In this document: positions 61,343 through 64,000 of the stretch, piece by piece
Position numbering within the stretch: the stretch's first letter is position 1
How the letters are laid out: the number at the start of each line of letters is the position of its first letter
From: an uncultured Acidobacteriota bacterium
GTDB lineage: Bacteria; Actinomycetota; Acidimicrobiia; Spongiisociales; ZC4RG35
Direction of reading: 5' to 3'
Length of the DNA: 64,000 nt
Assembly (NCBI GenBank): GCA_963828465.1
Contig: CAWHEU010000022.1
Coordinates: 347,400-411,399 of the forward strand
Notes under the pieces: generated by a model
Database searches by the model: none
The model's input: only the letters and a program-made list of their open reading frames with translations
What the model was told of the DNA's origin: nothing
Translations under genes and position numbers: made by a program

Positions 61343-62323
61343 GTGCCCACTGAGCAACCCACCGAATCTATCGACTCGCGTTTACGCGTCCCCAGCCATC
61401 ATTTGATGCTGGATCTCTTGGGCGAGGCCGACAGACACCTGCGTCAGGTCGAAGCCCATTTCCCGGACGTGCGATTCATCGCGCGCGGAGACGAGGTGGC
61501 TTTCAAGGGGCCCGATACCGAAGTCGAGCGAGCCCGAACTGTGCTCGAAGAGTTGCTCATCCTCGTCCAGGAGGGCCATGCCCTCGACTCGGCCCGGGTC
61601 GACGAAGTCGTGAAGATGGTCATCGAGGACGTGCCCAGCCCATCGGGCGTGCTCTCCGATGGGATCCCGGTGGGGCGCGGGCGGATGATCCGCCCCAAGA
61701 CCCATGGCCAGCAGAAGTACATGGAAGCCATCAGGGAGAACACTCTGACCTTTGGCATCGGGCCTGCCGGCACCGGGAAGACTTATCTGGCCATGGCCGC
61801 AGCGGTGGACAGCTTGGTCAGCGGGTCGGTGCGTCGAATCATCCTCACCCGCCCCGCCGTCGAGGCGGGGGAGAGGCTCGGATTCCTGCCGGGGGATCTC
61901 GCCGCCAAGGTCGATCCTTACCTGCGACCCCTTTACGACGCCTTGTGGGACATGCTCGGCCCCGAGGAGACCGGAGCGCTGGTCGAGAAGGGAACTATCG
62001 AGATAGCCCCGCTCGCTTATATGAGAGGAAGGACTCTCAACGACGCCTGTGTCATCCTCGACGAAGCTCAGAACACGACGCCGGAGCAGATGAAGATGTT
62101 CCTGACCCGGCTCGGGTTCAACTCCAAGATGATCATCACAGGTGACATGACCCAGACCGATCTCCCGGACAACCGGCGGTCGGGTCTCATGGTCGTCCGC
62201 GAGATTTTGAGCGATATTCCCGGTGTCTCCTTCGTGGAGCTCACTGCCCGCGACGTTGTGCGGCATCGCATCGTCGCCTCGATCGTCGAGGCGTATGCCA
62301 GGTTCGAGAGCAAGGTCAAGTGA
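61343..62323 (+). CDS. phoH: PhoH-like ATPase
   Basis: GPAGTGKTYLAMAAAV Walker A; KH-like N-terminus. Confidence 0.9.
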   Translation: MPTEQPTESIDSRLRVPSHHLMLDLLGEADRHLRQVEAHFPDVRFIARGDEVAFKGPDTEVERARTVLEELLILVQEGHALDSARVDEVVKMVIEDVPSPSGVLSDGIPVGRGRMIRPKTHGQQKYMEAIRENTLTFGIGPAGTGKTYLAMAAAVDSLVSGSVRRIILTRPAVEAGERLGFLPGDLAAKVDPYLRPLYDALWDMLGPEETGALVEKGTIEIAPLAYMRGRTLNDACVILDEAQNTTPEQMKMFLTRLGFNSKMIITGDMTQTDLPDNRRSGLMVVREILSDIPGVSFVELTARDVVRHRIVASIVEAYARFESKVK

Positions 62324-62326
62324 TGC

Positions 62327-64000
62327 CGCGGCCGACACTGGTCCGCCTCGCAACCTTCGTCGCCACAGTTGTGGCGGCGTGGGGCGTGTTGTCCCTAGGA
62401 GGGGGGTCGGCTGACCCCGAGTTGACGGTGGGCGAATTGGCCCCTCGTGAGTATCGGGCCCAGATTCCGGGGACGGTGACCGACGAGGCCGAGACCGAAG
62501 CGCTGAGACAGGAAGCCAGGGAATCCGTCCCGCCGATCGAGCAGATCAACGAGCAAATCGAGAGCACGGTGAATACGAATGTGACGGGCGTGTTCGACGA
62601 CGTGCAGGCACTGGCGATCGGTGAGCCCTTGGATCCCCCGGCACCACAGGCCACGGAGGCCCCTCCCACGACGGTGGCCGAGGAGACGACCGAGACCACC
62701 GACGTACCCGAGCCCGCCGTCCTGACCGGCACCGTGTTCCTCGACGTGGAATCCGATGGCGAGTTCGACCCGGAGGCGGAAGGGGCACGAGTCGACGCCG
62801 GGGTCGAGCGGATCGCAGTGACTATCCAGGCGGGCGAGCAGACGTTCGAGGTGATGACCGATGCAAACGGTGTCTGGTCGGCCGAGGTGCCCGCAGGTGC
62901 CGCCCTGGTGCGCATGGACCCCGCGGATGCCCAGATACCGGAGGGCTACGTCGTGGGCAGTCCCAACTACCAGCAGTTGGTGGAGTGCGATTCCGCCGAC
63001 ACGTGCACGGCCGAGGTGATCCCGTTGCAAGTGAACCTCCGCCCGATCGATGAGGTGATCGCTCGAGTGACGGCGTCCCACACCGTCGCCAGCGATGCGG
63101 TCTCGACACTTGCACTCGCCGCCAGCGATGACGTCATCAGGGCGGCGCTGGGTGAGGACCCCCACTTCCCATTGATCCGACAGGCGGCGGTGGATCGGCT
63201 CTTCCAGGAGTTCGGCCTCAGGATCACGCCCGACCAACTTCAGACTGCACAGCAACGCCTCCGCTCCAACCCACCCCAGGTGGTCTATCTGGACACCAGT
63301 CCTCCGGGCCCAGACGCCGCAGCAAGTGAAGCTGCAGGTGAGATCGTGGCGACGTTCCTCCAGGCCAACTATCTGGTCGACGAGGCGGCAACCGAAGAGG
63401 CGAGGGACGAGGCTGCGGAAGCAGTAGAAGACGTGCAGGCCGACTACGCCTTTGACCAGTTGATAGTCGCCCCGGGAGTTCCGGTCACCCAGCTCCAGAT
63501 CGACGCGATAGCTGCCACGACGTCCTCCGCATCACAGGCGGAGGCGGACGGTGGCCTGCTCGCCGTTCTCGGTGTGCTGGTTGGGCTTCTTGGCCTCTAT
63601 CTCTCGCGATTCCGGGCCGAGTTCTGGGCCCGACCCCGGATGATTGCTCTCCTCGGCATTCTCATCGTCCTTGCCGCTGGTGCAGTCAAGGCGACGGTCA
63701 TCTTCCAGCCTCAATCGAGCTGGTACGTCCTCCCGGCAGTGGCATTCGGATTCATGACAGCCGTTCTCTTCGACTCGCGCATCGCCGTGCTCATGGCATT
63801 GGCGGTTGGCGTCATCGCCGCGGTTGGGACCCAGGACACCGGGGTCGCGGTTTATGCCACCCTCGCCACCCTTGCCCCGATCCCGTTCGTGAGCTCGGTG
63901 ACGAGCCGCGGCGGCTTCCGGACCGCGGTCGTCTTCTCTGCCTTGACCGCCGCTGTCGTCGCCGGAGCCACGGCGTCTTTCTTCCACGTCGGCCCCAATG
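62327..64000 (+). CDS. 7TM receptor with intracellular HD hydrolase (YqfF-like), 3'-partial at the window end
   Basis: Frame open from ATG 62327 to the window end with no stop. N-terminal signal, large extracellular region, TM helices beginning near 63560. Conserved phoH-yqfF-ybeY neighbourhood. Confidence 0.65.

Overview
This is a high-GC (about 65-68%) actinobacterial chromosomal segment (gene order resembles Streptomyces/Acidimicrobiia core regions). It carries about 60 protein genes and 8 tRNAs, nearly all recognisable from conserved motifs. The core blocks are: MBL hydrolase-rph-rdgB; ndh; two tRNA clusters; tig-clpP-clpX; folC-ndk-mreB-mreC-mreD-PBP2-rodA; tdk; RNase E/G; rplU-rpmA-obg; nadD-rsfS; leuS; comEA-comEC; holA; rpsT; lepA-hemW-hrcA-dnaJ-rsmE; phoH and a 7TM-HD protein. 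Two accessory insertions interrupt the core. The first lies between obg and nadD: DksA-like, MoxR, VWA, a response regulator, tandem GAPDH genes and an M23 peptidase. The second is about 17 kb between rsfS/tRNA-Ala and leuS. It holds a BBE-like FAD oxidase, DUF1028, corA, osmC, a flavin monooxygenase, PrsW, an LPXTG poly-Ser protein, a macro-domain gene plus an unknown gene, a cation antiporter with USP domains, and a dpp-type ABC operon. The observations that stand out most are listed here. (1) A family-5 substrate-binding lipoprotein whose N-terminal about 125 residues sit after its C-terminus, consistent with a natural circular permutation. (2) A GAPDH paralog lacking the catalytic Cys/His dyad, translationally coupled to a canonical gap gene. 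(3) A sortase-anchored surface protein made of about 10 acidic Cys-rich 22-aa repeats, placed between clpX and folC. (4) At least 12 CDSs are split by single-base frameshifts, most at short homopolymer runs. This points to consensus indel errors in the assembly rather than true pseudogenes, and it affects every gene call.
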